Below, piece after piece: positions 15,609 through 24,279 of a stretch of DNA of 32,214 bases. The translations under genes were made by a program, and so were the position numbers. Numbering within the stretch: position 1 is the first letter of the stretch; each line of letters begins with the position of its first letter. The notes beneath the pieces were generated by a model, which saw only the letters and a program-made list of their open reading frames with translations, did not search any database and was not told where the DNA came from. The DNA is from Candidatus Culexmicrobium profundum (GTDB lineage: Archaea; Thermoproteota; Methanomethylicia; Culexarchaeales; Culexmicrobiaceae): positions 1 through 32,214 of the forward strand of contig JANZKD010000001.1 of the NCBI GenBank assembly GCA_025061245.1, given 5' to 3'.

Positions 15609-16142
15609 GTGGGCAAGATTACTACTATTAAAATAAATGATGATGCATTGGCATATATTGAAGTCGTATTAAAAGGTGGGCGTTTTCGTCATTTGAAGGA
15701 TTTTGTTAACCACTGCTTAACCTTAGCTGCGACCTACACTATGGATGAGTGGGATTTAAACAAAGGTGTATTTTATATTCATCCTTGTAGGATTTGTATT
15801 GTTCCAGCTGATATACTATCTGCATTGCTTGAACTTATTCCTGATGATGCGAAGAAGGATGCTATTGAAAGCATGACTTCTTGTTTGCGTCCTAGACTTC
15901 GTTTTTGGCATATTACACCTAAGAAGCCCGAGGATCGCCGTAAAATTTTAAAGTTGCTGACTTTGCATGGTTTTGGAAGATTCACAATACAAGATGACAA
16001 TACTATTGAAGTTTCTTACCCTGTTCTTCCATATGACATAGTTAAAAGTGTTCTTGAAACATTATTAAAAGTAAGATTGGAAACTTTAGAGTGCTCAAAG
16101 GTTACGTATGTCTTTAAAATTATTGAAGAGCTAAATGAGTAG
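15609..16142 (+). CDS. Hypothetical protein, possible ribbon-helix-helix-like N-terminus
   Basis: GTG start after GGTGA. The N-terminus KITTIKINDDALAYIEVVLKGGRFRHLKDFVNHCL has a beta-strand plus two-helix pattern like CopG/Arc RHH. No other motif recognised. Confidence 0.45.
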   Translation: MGKITTIKINDDALAYIEVVLKGGRFRHLKDFVNHCLTLAATYTMDEWDLNKGVFYIHPCRICIVPADILSALLELIPDDAKKDAIESMTSCLRPRLRFWHITPKKPEDRRKILKLLTLHGFGRFTIQDDNTIEVSYPVLPYDIVKSVLETLLKVRLETLECSKVTYVFKIIEELNE

Positions 16143-16235
16143 TATTTCATTTAATCGTTACTTTTTTATAGCAAAAATTATCCCTAACATAACGAACTCG
16201 CCTTTCAGTTAACCATTGGGCCTCGGGGTGTTATT

Positions 16236-18398
16236 ATGATAATATATTCTCCCTGGCTATGTTGGCTCATACCAATTGTAGGAGCGATGCTAACTCCCTT
16301 TATAGCTAGAATAAGTGAGAAGGCTCGAGATTATACTGCTGTTTTATTTGGTTTTTTAGCTGCTGTTATGGCTGCATCTATGATACCAGCGATAATGGCT
16401 GGTAAATTTTATATTCCAGGTAAGGGTTTGGTTCCGATTCCTGCTGATTGGAAGTATGAGTGGATCATTGTTCCTGGAGCTAAGCTTAATGTTGGTGTGC
16501 TTGTTGATCCATTAAGTGTTTTAGTGGCTAATGTTGTAGCTTGGATTTCCTTTTTAATTCTAATTTACAGCTTGGGCTATATGCATGGAGAGGAGGGTTT
16601 AACTAGGTATTGGTTCTTCATGAACTTCTTTATTGGAAACATGCTTCTCCTCGTAATGTCTGATAATATTCTTCAAATGTTATTTGGATGGGAGGGTGTT
16701 GGTTTATGCAGCTATCAGCTCATTGGTTTTTGGTATAGAGATGAGCGTAAGAGATGGGTTGGAGATGTTCCACCTTCACATGCAGGTATGAAGGCTTTCA
16801 TAATGACTAGGGCTGGAGATGTAGCTCTAATGATTGCTGCTTTCATAATATTTACTCAAGCTAAGACCTTTAATTTCATGGAACTTCAACAAAATCATGA
16901 ATGGATAGTTGAGTTGGCTAAGGTTGGTTTAATTGCACCAGTAGCATTATTTCTTTTTGGTGGTCCTATCGGTAAATCCGCTCAATTTCCATTACATGAA
17001 TGGCTTCCTGAGGCAATGGCTGGTCCAACTCCTGTTTCAGCTCTAATACATGCTGCTACCATGGTTAAGGCTGGTGTCTACTTTACTGCTAGAGTCTTCC
17101 CTATTTTCACTGAGAGCTTTAAGTTAGCTGCTGAGGGAGTTCATAACGGGTTCGAGGGAGTAATACTTACAGCCCAAAATCAATTCTTCCTAACTGTTGC
17201 GTGGATTGGTGCTTTTACAGCTTTTCTAGCTGCTTCTCAAGCTATGGTTGCTAGGGAGTTGAAGAAGGTTTTAGCTTATTCAACTGTTTCACAGATAGGC
17301 TATATGATGCTTGGTTTAGGTGCTGGTGGATTGGCTGGTGAACATGCTGCTAGTGGTTATGTTGCAGGTGTATTTCACTTGATGAGCCATGCTATATTCA
17401 AGGCGCTACTCTTCATGGCTGCTGGATCCGTTTTACATGCATGTGAGACAACTGATATGTTTGAGATGGGTGGTATTAGGAGGGAAATGCCAATTACATT
17501 TGCATGTATGCTCATTGGTGCTTTGTCATTGTCAGGAATTCCACCATTAAGTGGATTTTGGAGTAAGGAGGCTGTTTTTGGTGCATGTATAAAGTCTGGA
17601 CAATATTTATTGTTAGCTTTGGCTGCTATTACTGCTGCAATGACTTTCTTCTATAGTATTAGGATGATTAGTATAACTTTCTTGGGTAAGAAGAGTCATC
17701 ATTTGGAGGAGCTTGAACGTCATGGTCATCATGTACATGAAGTTCCATCTGTAATGTGGATTCCATATTTAATATTAGCTGTTGCTACTATTGGTATTGG
17801 TTTTATGGGTCCTATGTTTGAGCATATGTTAGAAGAGTTTCTTGAGCCATCCATATTCCCTCATCACGGTATACATTCATCGCTTCTCGCAATTTCAACT
17901 ACTGCTGAGCCTGCTGGTCCGCCAACCCAGTTGATGACTATGGTTATAACTGCTTCAATGCTTCTTCTTGGTGGAATTCCTGGTTATCTTATGTATGTTT
18001 CAAGGAGAGTAGATCCAGTAAAATTTGTGGATAGGTATGGTCTAAAGCCAATATATAATTTCTTGTGGAATCGATGGTATATGAACCCTACATACTATAA
18101 GGTCTTTGTATACTCTCTGATTGACTTGAGCTCTGTCCTATTTAAAAATCTCGAGAAGGCTGTGATTGACAAGGTTAACTATGTGGTTGCTAATGGAATT
18201 ATAAAAATGAGTGCAGGGTTGTTTAGAAGTTTAGAAGTGAAGGTAATTGATGGTGCAAATTATGCTTTAGCTAAGGCTGTGGTTGCCTTCTATAGGGTGT
18301 TTCGAAGAATTCAGACTGGAATTCTGTCGTACAATATGCTTGGAATAGTTTTTGGCCTCTTGGTTGTTGGTGCCTTACTTATTTTATTAGGACTATAA
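16236..18398 (+). CDS. nuoL: NuoL/ND5-like antiporter-like subunit with C-terminal lateral helix and anchor TM
   Basis: GWEGVGLCSY (TM5 Glu), GKSAQFPLHEWLPEAM (TM7 Lys), MKAFIMTRAGD. About 105 aa of amphipathic sequence (aa 591-695) is followed by a final TM (aa 696-720), as in NuoL helix HL plus TM16. Confidence 0.9.
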   Translation: MIIYSPWLCWLIPIVGAMLTPFIARISEKARDYTAVLFGFLAAVMAASMIPAIMAGKFYIPGKGLVPIPADWKYEWIIVPGAKLNVGVLVDPLSVLVANVVAWISFLILIYSLGYMHGEEGLTRYWFFMNFFIGNMLLLVMSDNILQMLFGWEGVGLCSYQLIGFWYRDERKRWVGDVPPSHAGMKAFIMTRAGDVALMIAAFIIFTQAKTFNFMELQQNHEWIVELAKVGLIAPVALFLFGGPIGKSAQFPLHEWLPEAMAGPTPVSALIHAATMVKAGVYFTARVFPIFTESFKLAAEGVHNGFEGVILTAQNQFFLTVAWIGAFTAFLAASQAMVARELKKVLAYSTVSQIGYMMLGLGAGGLAGEHAASGYVAGVFHLMSHAIFKALLFMAAGSVLHACETTDMFEMGGIRREMPITFACMLIGALSLSGIPPLSGFWSKEAVFGACIKSGQYLLLALAAITAAMTFFYSIRMISITFLGKKSHHLEELERHGHHVHEVPSVMWIPYLILAVATIGIGFMGPMFEHMLEEFLEPSIFPHHGIHSSLLAISTTAEPAGPPTQLMTMVITASMLLLGGIPGYLMYVSRRVDPVKFVDRYGLKPIYNFLWNRWYMNPTYYKVFVYSLIDLSSVLFKNLEKAVIDKVNYVVANGIIKMSAGLFRSLEVKVIDGANYALAKAVVAFYRVFRRIQTGILSYNMLGIVFGLLVVGALLILLGL

Positions 18399-18404
18399 TT
18401 TTCT

Positions 18405-18425
18405 GTGCAATCTTTTTTATTGCAC
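18405..18425 (+). terminator. Hairpin with T-rich loop just after the nuoL stop
   Basis: GTGCAAT-CTTTTTT-ATTGCAC, a perfect 7-bp stem 7 nt after the TAA. The oligo-T is consistent with archaeal termination signals. Confidence 0.35.
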
Positions 18426-18509
18426 TCTTATTAGCTTTTAATTGGTAACGATAATTAGAGTGAGATTAATGAGATATGTTGAGGTTGAGTAATTTATTTA
18501 CATTGCAGG

Positions 18510-19559
18510 GTGCTTATGATGATTAAAGTTGATGGCTCTATTGGAAGCGGTAGTGGTACAATTTTACGATTATCTCTATTTTTATCTGCTCTTCTTAATG
18601 AGAAACTATACATATTTAATATCCGAGCAAAACGTAAGCCTCCAGGTTTAAAGCCTCAACATCTTAAGGCTGTTTTGGCTGTAGCGAGGCTTTGTAATGC
18701 TAGGATTGAGGGTGCTTCTATTGGTTCGAGAGAGCTTTATTTTGAGCCTGATGGTGTTGGAGGCGGTAAGTTCACTATTGAAATTGGTACTGCAGGCAGT
18801 ATTCCAATGGTTATTCTAACTATTCTTCCAATAAGTGTTTTAGCAGATAAATTAGTTGAAATTAACATTGTTAAGGGTGGGACTGATGTTCGTTTTTCTC
18901 CTACAATAAATTACATAAAGTTTGTGTTATTGTATGTTTTAAGAAAATTTAATGTCAATGCTTCAGTTGAGGTGTTAAAGTATGGTTATTATCCTAAAGG
19001 TATGGGGTGGGTTACCCTAAAAGTTTCTCCTTTGAATAGAATTAAACCTGTGCTTCTTGATAGAAGAGGTACACTTGATTGTATTAGTGGTATTTCTGTG
19101 TGTACTTATCTTAAGGATAGGCATGTAGCTGATCGTCAAGCTAAATCTGCATTAAATCTACTGAAATCTAAAGGTATTGATGTAGATGTTAATATTGATG
19201 TAGTTTATGACTTTTCGAATCCATTACAGAAGGGTAGTTCCATAACTTTATGGGCTGACTTTAGTGAGGGGTGCAGGTTAGGTTCGGATGCTATTGGTGC
19301 TCTTAGAAAGCCCAGTGAGGTGGTTGGTGGTGAGGCTGCTAAGAAGCTTTTAGCTGAGTTGAAGATTAATTCAACTGTTGATGTTCATTTGGCAGATATA
19401 CTAATTCCTTATATGGCTCTAGCTAAGGGTTATTCTTGCTTTCTTGTTAGATCTATAACAGAGCATCTTTCAACTAATATGCGGTTAATGAAAATGTTTC
19501 TTGATGTTAATTTTAAAGTTTCAAAAGTTGGCAATGTCTTTAGGGTTGAATGTTATTAG
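18510..19559 (+). CDS. rtcA: RNA 3'-terminal phosphate cyclase
   Basis: DGS.GSGSGTILRLSLFLSAL, GGTDVRFSPTINY and VDVHLADILIPYMALA (catalytic His region) match the RtcA family. GTG at 18510, or ATG at 18516/18519. Confidence 0.85.
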   Translation: MLMMIKVDGSIGSGSGTILRLSLFLSALLNEKLYIFNIRAKRKPPGLKPQHLKAVLAVARLCNARIEGASIGSRELYFEPDGVGGGKFTIEIGTAGSIPMVILTILPISVLADKLVEINIVKGGTDVRFSPTINYIKFVLLYVLRKFNVNASVEVLKYGYYPKGMGWVTLKVSPLNRIKPVLLDRRGTLDCISGISVCTYLKDRHVADRQAKSALNLLKSKGIDVDVNIDVVYDFSNPLQKGSSITLWADFSEGCRLGSDAIGALRKPSEVVGGEAAKKLLAELKINSTVDVHLADILIPYMALAKGYSCFLVRSITEHLSTNMRLMKMFLDVNFKVSKVGNVFRVECY

Positions 19560-19570
19560 AGGGTGATGGA

Positions 19571-20995
19571 ATGTATAGAGTGAGGATTAGAGGGATTTAT
19601 GCTACTGCGTTGACAAAGATATTTTTGGATGAGAATTTTGAAATTGTTCAGCCGTCAGTTGTAATTGAGGAGAGATTTGACCTGCCTTTTTCATTAAAAC
19701 CTTATGATGTTGATATTTATGATCGAACGGATAAGCAAGGAGTTAGTATTCTTTGCTTACCTGAAATTAAACCTTCTATTGCTTCTATTCTTCATGGAAG
19801 ATTACTGGATGCTATAATTAGATGTTGGAAGCCTCAAGTTGGAGGTATTTATAAAGGGATTGTTAGGGAAGTTGATAAGTCTAGAGGAATATGTTATGTA
19901 GAAATAGAACCTGATGTTTTTGGAATTTTAAAGAGCAGTAATGTTTTTGTCGGTGATGAGCTTATCGTTCAAGTTGATAGAGAGCGTTTTCGTGGTAGAC
20001 ATGCTCTTTTATCCACAGATATTAAGATTGTAGGTAATTACGCGATTTTAATTCCAAAAGAAACTATTAAAATTAGTAGAAAAATTAGAGATCCTGATAA
20101 ACGTTTATTTCTGGTGAAGCTTGGCCAGGAGTTGAGACCTAGAGGTTGGGGTATTATTTGGAGAACGGCTGCTCTTTCAGTTTCTGAGGAGGATTTAAAA
20201 AGTGAAATTTTGAAACTTCTTGATAGATGTAAATTGTTTATTAGTAGAGCAAGTAACGTTAATGGTCCTGCTATTTTGATGGATGGTTTAGTTTTCCTAG
20301 ATGTCGAGTTTCCATCTGAATCCAAAAAGATCCTTGATACTATACGTAGTGAAGTAACTCCTACAGTGCCAGGTCATCACTACTTGAAATCATTTAATAC
20401 TGAACTTTCAGCTTTAGTTGACATGGCAGAGTCTCTTCTTAGAAAGGGTTCTAGTCGTGAGGAAGTATTAAGTCGTCTTAACCAGTTATTATCCATTAAC
20501 TTGCCTCAAGAGGGTGATGACATTGTAATTAAACATGTAAAATTGAATGGTAAGACGATAAATATTGGACCTGCAAGAATTGAACATTTTAATCAATCTG
20601 ATGGTACAATTGTGTTGAGACGTAATATTGTTAGTCCGGGCGTCTATGATGGATTAAATGTAGTGAAATCTCCAGGTGATTATGCTATAACCAGGGCTAA
20701 AATTGGTGAATGGTTTTTAGAGACTAGATATTTTTCATGTGAAGGTAAGTTTAAGGGTGCTTACATCAATATTAATACTCCAATAGAGATTTACTCGAAT
20801 TTTATTAGATATGTTGATTTAGAAGTTGATGTTTGCGTTGATTATAAGGATAATGTTTCTGTTCTGGATAGAGATAAACTTTGTGAGGCACTTAAAATGA
20901 ATATGGTGTCGAAGAGTTTATTCGAAAGGGTTGATGAAATAATTAAACATATTCTTGATGAGAGAATTCCTGTCATTCTAGAGGCTAAAAATTGA
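19571..20995 (+). CDS. Probable ribonuclease FAU-1 (archaeal RNase E/G-like, DUF402 C-domain)
   Basis: MYRVRIRGIYATALTK is the typical FAU-1 N-terminus, and the roughly 475 aa length fits. ATG at 19571 follows GAGGGTGA. The track ORF starts at 19550, inside the rtcA end. Confidence 0.7.
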   Translation: MYRVRIRGIYATALTKIFLDENFEIVQPSVVIEERFDLPFSLKPYDVDIYDRTDKQGVSILCLPEIKPSIASILHGRLLDAIIRCWKPQVGGIYKGIVREVDKSRGICYVEIEPDVFGILKSSNVFVGDELIVQVDRERFRGRHALLSTDIKIVGNYAILIPKETIKISRKIRDPDKRLFLVKLGQELRPRGWGIIWRTAALSVSEEDLKSEILKLLDRCKLFISRASNVNGPAILMDGLVFLDVEFPSESKKILDTIRSEVTPTVPGHHYLKSFNTELSALVDMAESLLRKGSSREEVLSRLNQLLSINLPQEGDDIVIKHVKLNGKTINIGPARIEHFNQSDGTIVLRRNIVSPGVYDGLNVVKSPGDYAITRAKIGEWFLETRYFSCEGKFKGAYININTPIEIYSNFIRYVDLEVDVCVDYKDNVSVLDRDKLCEALKMNMVSKSLFERVDEIIKHILDERIPVILEAKN

Positions 20996-21101
20996 TGTTG
21001 ATTTTATAAATTTGCATCATCTTGTTTAGCATAAATGTTTTATATGGTTAGTATAGACTGCATAATGCAATTAGTTGACGCTTAATTTGGGAGGTTGTCA
21101 T

Positions 21102-22595
21102 GTGACCGGCCCAGCAAATCTACTTGCTCAAATCTTGGTTGTACCCTTAATCTTTGTTCCAATAGCTTATTGCTCTAGTAAGCGTCTTGGTTGGAGAACT
21201 GGTTGGATTGCTTTTCTTCCATTAGCTTACACCACCCTTGTTACATTATACTTAGTGAACTATGTGTCGAAAAATGGAGTTGTTTTAGGAGTTTGGCCAC
21301 TAGCTCCATCAGTAGGTTTAAACTTTGGGTTGATGGCTGATGGTTTAAGTACACCAATTATATTTACAATAGCATTACTTTGTACTGTCGTTGCAATCTA
21401 CTCGATGCCTTATATGGAGCATAAGTTGGGTGAGTGTGGATCTGGTCATGGTGCCTATTATGCATTATATCTCCTGTATGCGGTCGGTATGCTTGGTACT
21501 GCTATGTCAACAAATTTGATTCAGTTTTACTTCTTCTGGGAATTGATGCTGGTGCCTTCGTGGGCTTTAATTAACATTTGGGGTTATGGTGAGAGAGAGA
21601 AGATAGCCCTAAAGTATTTCATTTATACTCATATTGGTGCATTGTCTCTACTTGCAGGTATATTGGCTGTTTATGCGGCCTTTGGAACCTTCGATATACC
21701 AGTACTATTGTCATTGGTTCATGAGGGTTCTCATTCAGTAGGATTTCTACGATGGGTTGTTTTGGCAATGTTTCTTGGATTTGCAGTGAAGATGGCTATT
21801 GTTCCTCTACATACATGGCTTCCCGATGCACATGCAGAGGCTCCTACTCCAATTAGTGCCCTCCTATCTCCTGCTATGATTGGACTTGGAGGCTATGCTT
21901 TAGTTAGATTAGCCTATATATTATTCCCTGAAGTTTTCGAGCAATTTAGCTTGGTATTTAGTGTTTTGGCTTTGATTACTATGATTTATGGTGGCATCAT
22001 GGCTTTGGCTCAGGACGATATAAAGAGATTATTAGCATATTCAAGTGTTTCTCAGATGGGATATTTATTGTTTGGAATTACAAGTAGTTATCCTCAAGGA
22101 ATTAGTGGTTCAATGTTTCACTATGTTAGTCATGGTACGTGTAAGGCTATTCTCTTCATGATGGCTGGTGCAATTATGCTTGAGACCCATGGTATACGTA
22201 GCATTAAGAGGCTTGGTGGCTTAGCTAGTAAAATGCCCTTAACTACGATATTTACTTTGATTGGCTTCTTAGGTATTGCTGGTACTCCTCCTCTTAATGG
22301 TTTTCAGAGTGAATGGTTAATTTTCACTGGGGCCTTTGCTGGAGCTATTGAAGCCCATAATGCAGTTCGATTACTGATAACAATTGTTGCATTGATGGGA
22401 ACTGTTTTGACTGCTGGATATGCCTTGTGGACTATTAGGAGAATATTCTTTGGACCACTACCTGAGCATTTAGATGAAGTTCATGAAGCTCCACTACTTG
22501 TAACTATTCCAATGTTTATCTTAGCGCTTGTCACAGTGGTTTTAGGTATTTATCCAACACCACTATTGAGGCTTCTTTCAATGTTCTTTGGCTAA
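21102..22595 (+). CDS. nuoM: Antiporter-like subunit (NuoM/ND4 family)
   Basis: FFWELMLVPSW (TM5 Glu), GFAVKMAIVPLHTWLPDAHAEAPTP (TM7 Lys), KRLLAYSSVSQMGY. The GTG at 21102 is 6 nt after GGGAGGT; the track ORF begins at TTG 21075. Confidence 0.85.
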   Translation: MTGPANLLAQILVVPLIFVPIAYCSSKRLGWRTGWIAFLPLAYTTLVTLYLVNYVSKNGVVLGVWPLAPSVGLNFGLMADGLSTPIIFTIALLCTVVAIYSMPYMEHKLGECGSGHGAYYALYLLYAVGMLGTAMSTNLIQFYFFWELMLVPSWALINIWGYGEREKIALKYFIYTHIGALSLLAGILAVYAAFGTFDIPVLLSLVHEGSHSVGFLRWVVLAMFLGFAVKMAIVPLHTWLPDAHAEAPTPISALLSPAMIGLGGYALVRLAYILFPEVFEQFSLVFSVLALITMIYGGIMALAQDDIKRLLAYSSVSQMGYLLFGITSSYPQGISGSMFHYVSHGTCKAILFMMAGAIMLETHGIRSIKRLGGLASKMPLTTIFTLIGFLGIAGTPPLNGFQSEWLIFTGAFAGAIEAHNAVRLLITIVALMGTVLTAGYALWTIRRIFFGPLPEHLDEVHEAPLLVTIPMFILALVTVVLGIYPTPLLRLLSMFFG

Positions 22596-23105
22596 TATTT
22601 TTCTTCCTAATATTATTGGTTTTATAGTTAATGTTTCTAGTTTTACTCCTGCTGTATGAAGATTCTTTAATGTCCAGACTGTTGCAATTCCATGGATTTC
22701 TCCCTTCTCTTTATATATTGATCTCCATTTTAGGCTTGTTAATTTACTTCTACTTTTATATGAAATTTTTTGTATATCCTCTGCTCTTACAATGTCAACT
22801 ATTTCTCCGCTTCTTATTTCGAAGCTACCGATAATTTCTCTTTTTGCTGCGTGAACTTTTATTCTTCCTTCAATTTCTGGGAATAGATTTCTTCCACTGA
22901 AGTATTCTGTCATTATGGATGGAAAGTTTCTCGCTATTGCTATTAAGAGGAATTTTCTGAATATGTTTAATGGTAGTATTCCATCGATTTTGAATAGTGT
23001 TTCCTTTTTTATTCTTTCGACATCTCTTTCACTTAAACATTTATTGCATATTTCTTTTTCACTTTCTTTTCCACAATATATACATCTATATTTCTCTGAT
23101 TTCAA
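22578..23105 (-). CDS. Hypothetical protein with N-terminal zinc ribbon
   Basis: CIYCG...CNKC lies within the first 25 aa. It sits 26 nt downstream of speH on the same strand. Its 3' end overlaps the nuoM 3' end by 18 nt. No family recognised. Confidence 0.45.
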   Translation of the reverse strand: MKSEKYRCIYCGKESEKEICNKCLSERDVERIKKETLFKIDGILPLNIFRKFLLIAIARNFPSIMTEYFSGRNLFPEIEGRIKVHAAKREIIGSFEIRSGEIVDIVRAEDIQKISYKSRSKLTSLKWRSIYKEKGEIHGIATVWTLKNLHTAGVKLETLTIKPIILGRKILAKEH

Positions 23106-23131
23106 TGGTTTGCCTCCTAATGTTGAATTGG

Positions 23132-23491
23132 TTAGCTTGATCTATCTGCAAAATATTTTGTGTATTTCTTTGGTTTCAATTTTTCTATTATGTAGTTAAA
23201 AGCTGCGTCCGTATCTGTGTCTCCACAGGTGTATACATCGACTGTTGCATAATTGTGGTCTGGCCATGCATGGATTGCTATATGTGATTCCATCACTATT
23301 GCTATGGCAGCAATATAATTTTCAACATGATATGCTTCAACTTGGCATAAAGTTGCCTTTGCCGCTTTAACTGCTTCAATAACAACTTCTTTAATATATT
23401 CATGGCTACTTAAAAGTTCTCTTGGACAGCCATAGAGGCTTCCATAGATGTGACGACCTACCGCCCTCCCAACCAAGATTTGAGTGTACAT
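23132..23491 (-). CDS. speH: Pyruvoyl-dependent S-adenosylmethionine decarboxylase proenzyme (SpeH type), or its arginine decarboxylase paralogue
   Basis: VMESHIAIHAWPD (Glu-Ser self-cleavage site) and ATVDVYTCG signatures. 119 aa. AGGTGAG lies upstream of the ATG. Confidence 0.8.
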   Translation of the reverse strand: MYTQILVGRAVGRHIYGSLYGCPRELLSSHEYIKEVVIEAVKAAKATLCQVEAYHVENYIAAIAIVMESHIAIHAWPDHNYATVDVYTCGDTDTDAAFNYIIEKLKPKKYTKYFADRSS

Positions 23492-23742
23492 CTCACCTAG
23501 TTTCTTTTAAAGATTCAAACTTACTTAAAAAGCTTTCTACTCTGAAAATTTTCTTTTTAGTTAATTTTCTCACTTTATTTCTTAGTTTTTTCTCTTTTTT
23601 ACTGGTTGTTTTTAAGTTAAATTATTCTCTTGTTTTTATTTTTCATTTTTTCGGAAATTAGCATGCTAAATTTCATTTTCTCTGCTATTTTGTTTCCTTT
23701 TTGAACTAAATTGCTTCTCTAGTCCCTTTTTGTGAGGTGTCT

Positions 23743-24279
23743 TCACCCAAGTTTACTATTGGTTTTGAGGTAGATTAGTGCTATATAGAATATTGACAGA
23801 TATGTTATGCTTAGTAGTATTGAGATACTTTGATATTGAAGATAGTTTATGCCTAAAATTGATTTGCACATGAATAATGTTGAAATGTCATTCATTAAGT
23901 TTAAGAATAGCATTGAAAATGTGAATGCTGGGTATAGAATGCTTATTTTTTCCATTGTTTTAAATTCTCTACTGGAGGTTGACTTGAAGCACATGGCACT
24001 TAAGACTAAGGATATTAGCCAGACCATAATGTATAGGGTTGCGTAAATTGCATTAACTATTAGTGATAGAACTATGGCTTCCGAGGGATTTCTATTAAAT
24101 ATCCATTTGACTGCTGGATTTTCCTCAACTACTGTTCTTGAGTATACTCCAATTATGGTGGTTGTTGAAATTATGAGTAATACGTCGAAGTATATTATCC
24201 ATAGTAGTAGTGCTTTCTTTAAATTTTGGTTAATAGTTTTTATTGCTATTTTTATGATCTTTTTTTCTTTGGCTAGCAT
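23743..24279 (-). CDS. Hypothetical polytopic membrane protein
   Basis: 178 aa with about 5 hydrophobic helices. No motif recognised. Coding status rests on ORF length and hydrophobic periodicity only. Confidence 0.45.
   Translation of the reverse strand: MLAKEKKIIKIAIKTINQNLKKALLLWIIYFDVLLIISTTTIIGVYSRTVVEENPAVKWIFNRNPSEAIVLSLIVNAIYATLYIMVWLISLVLSAMCFKSTSSREFKTMEKISILYPAFTFSMLFLNLMNDISTLFMCKSILGINYLQYQSISILLSITYLSIFYIALIYLKTNSKLG

Noticed and set aside
17694-17741. His-rich stretch SHHLEELERHGHHVHE in the NuoL homologue as a possible nickel-binding feature
   Set aside because: From memory, His-rich sequence at this loop (before the HE.P motif) is common in ordinary NuoL/Nqo12 proteins. It is therefore not specific evidence for metal handling.
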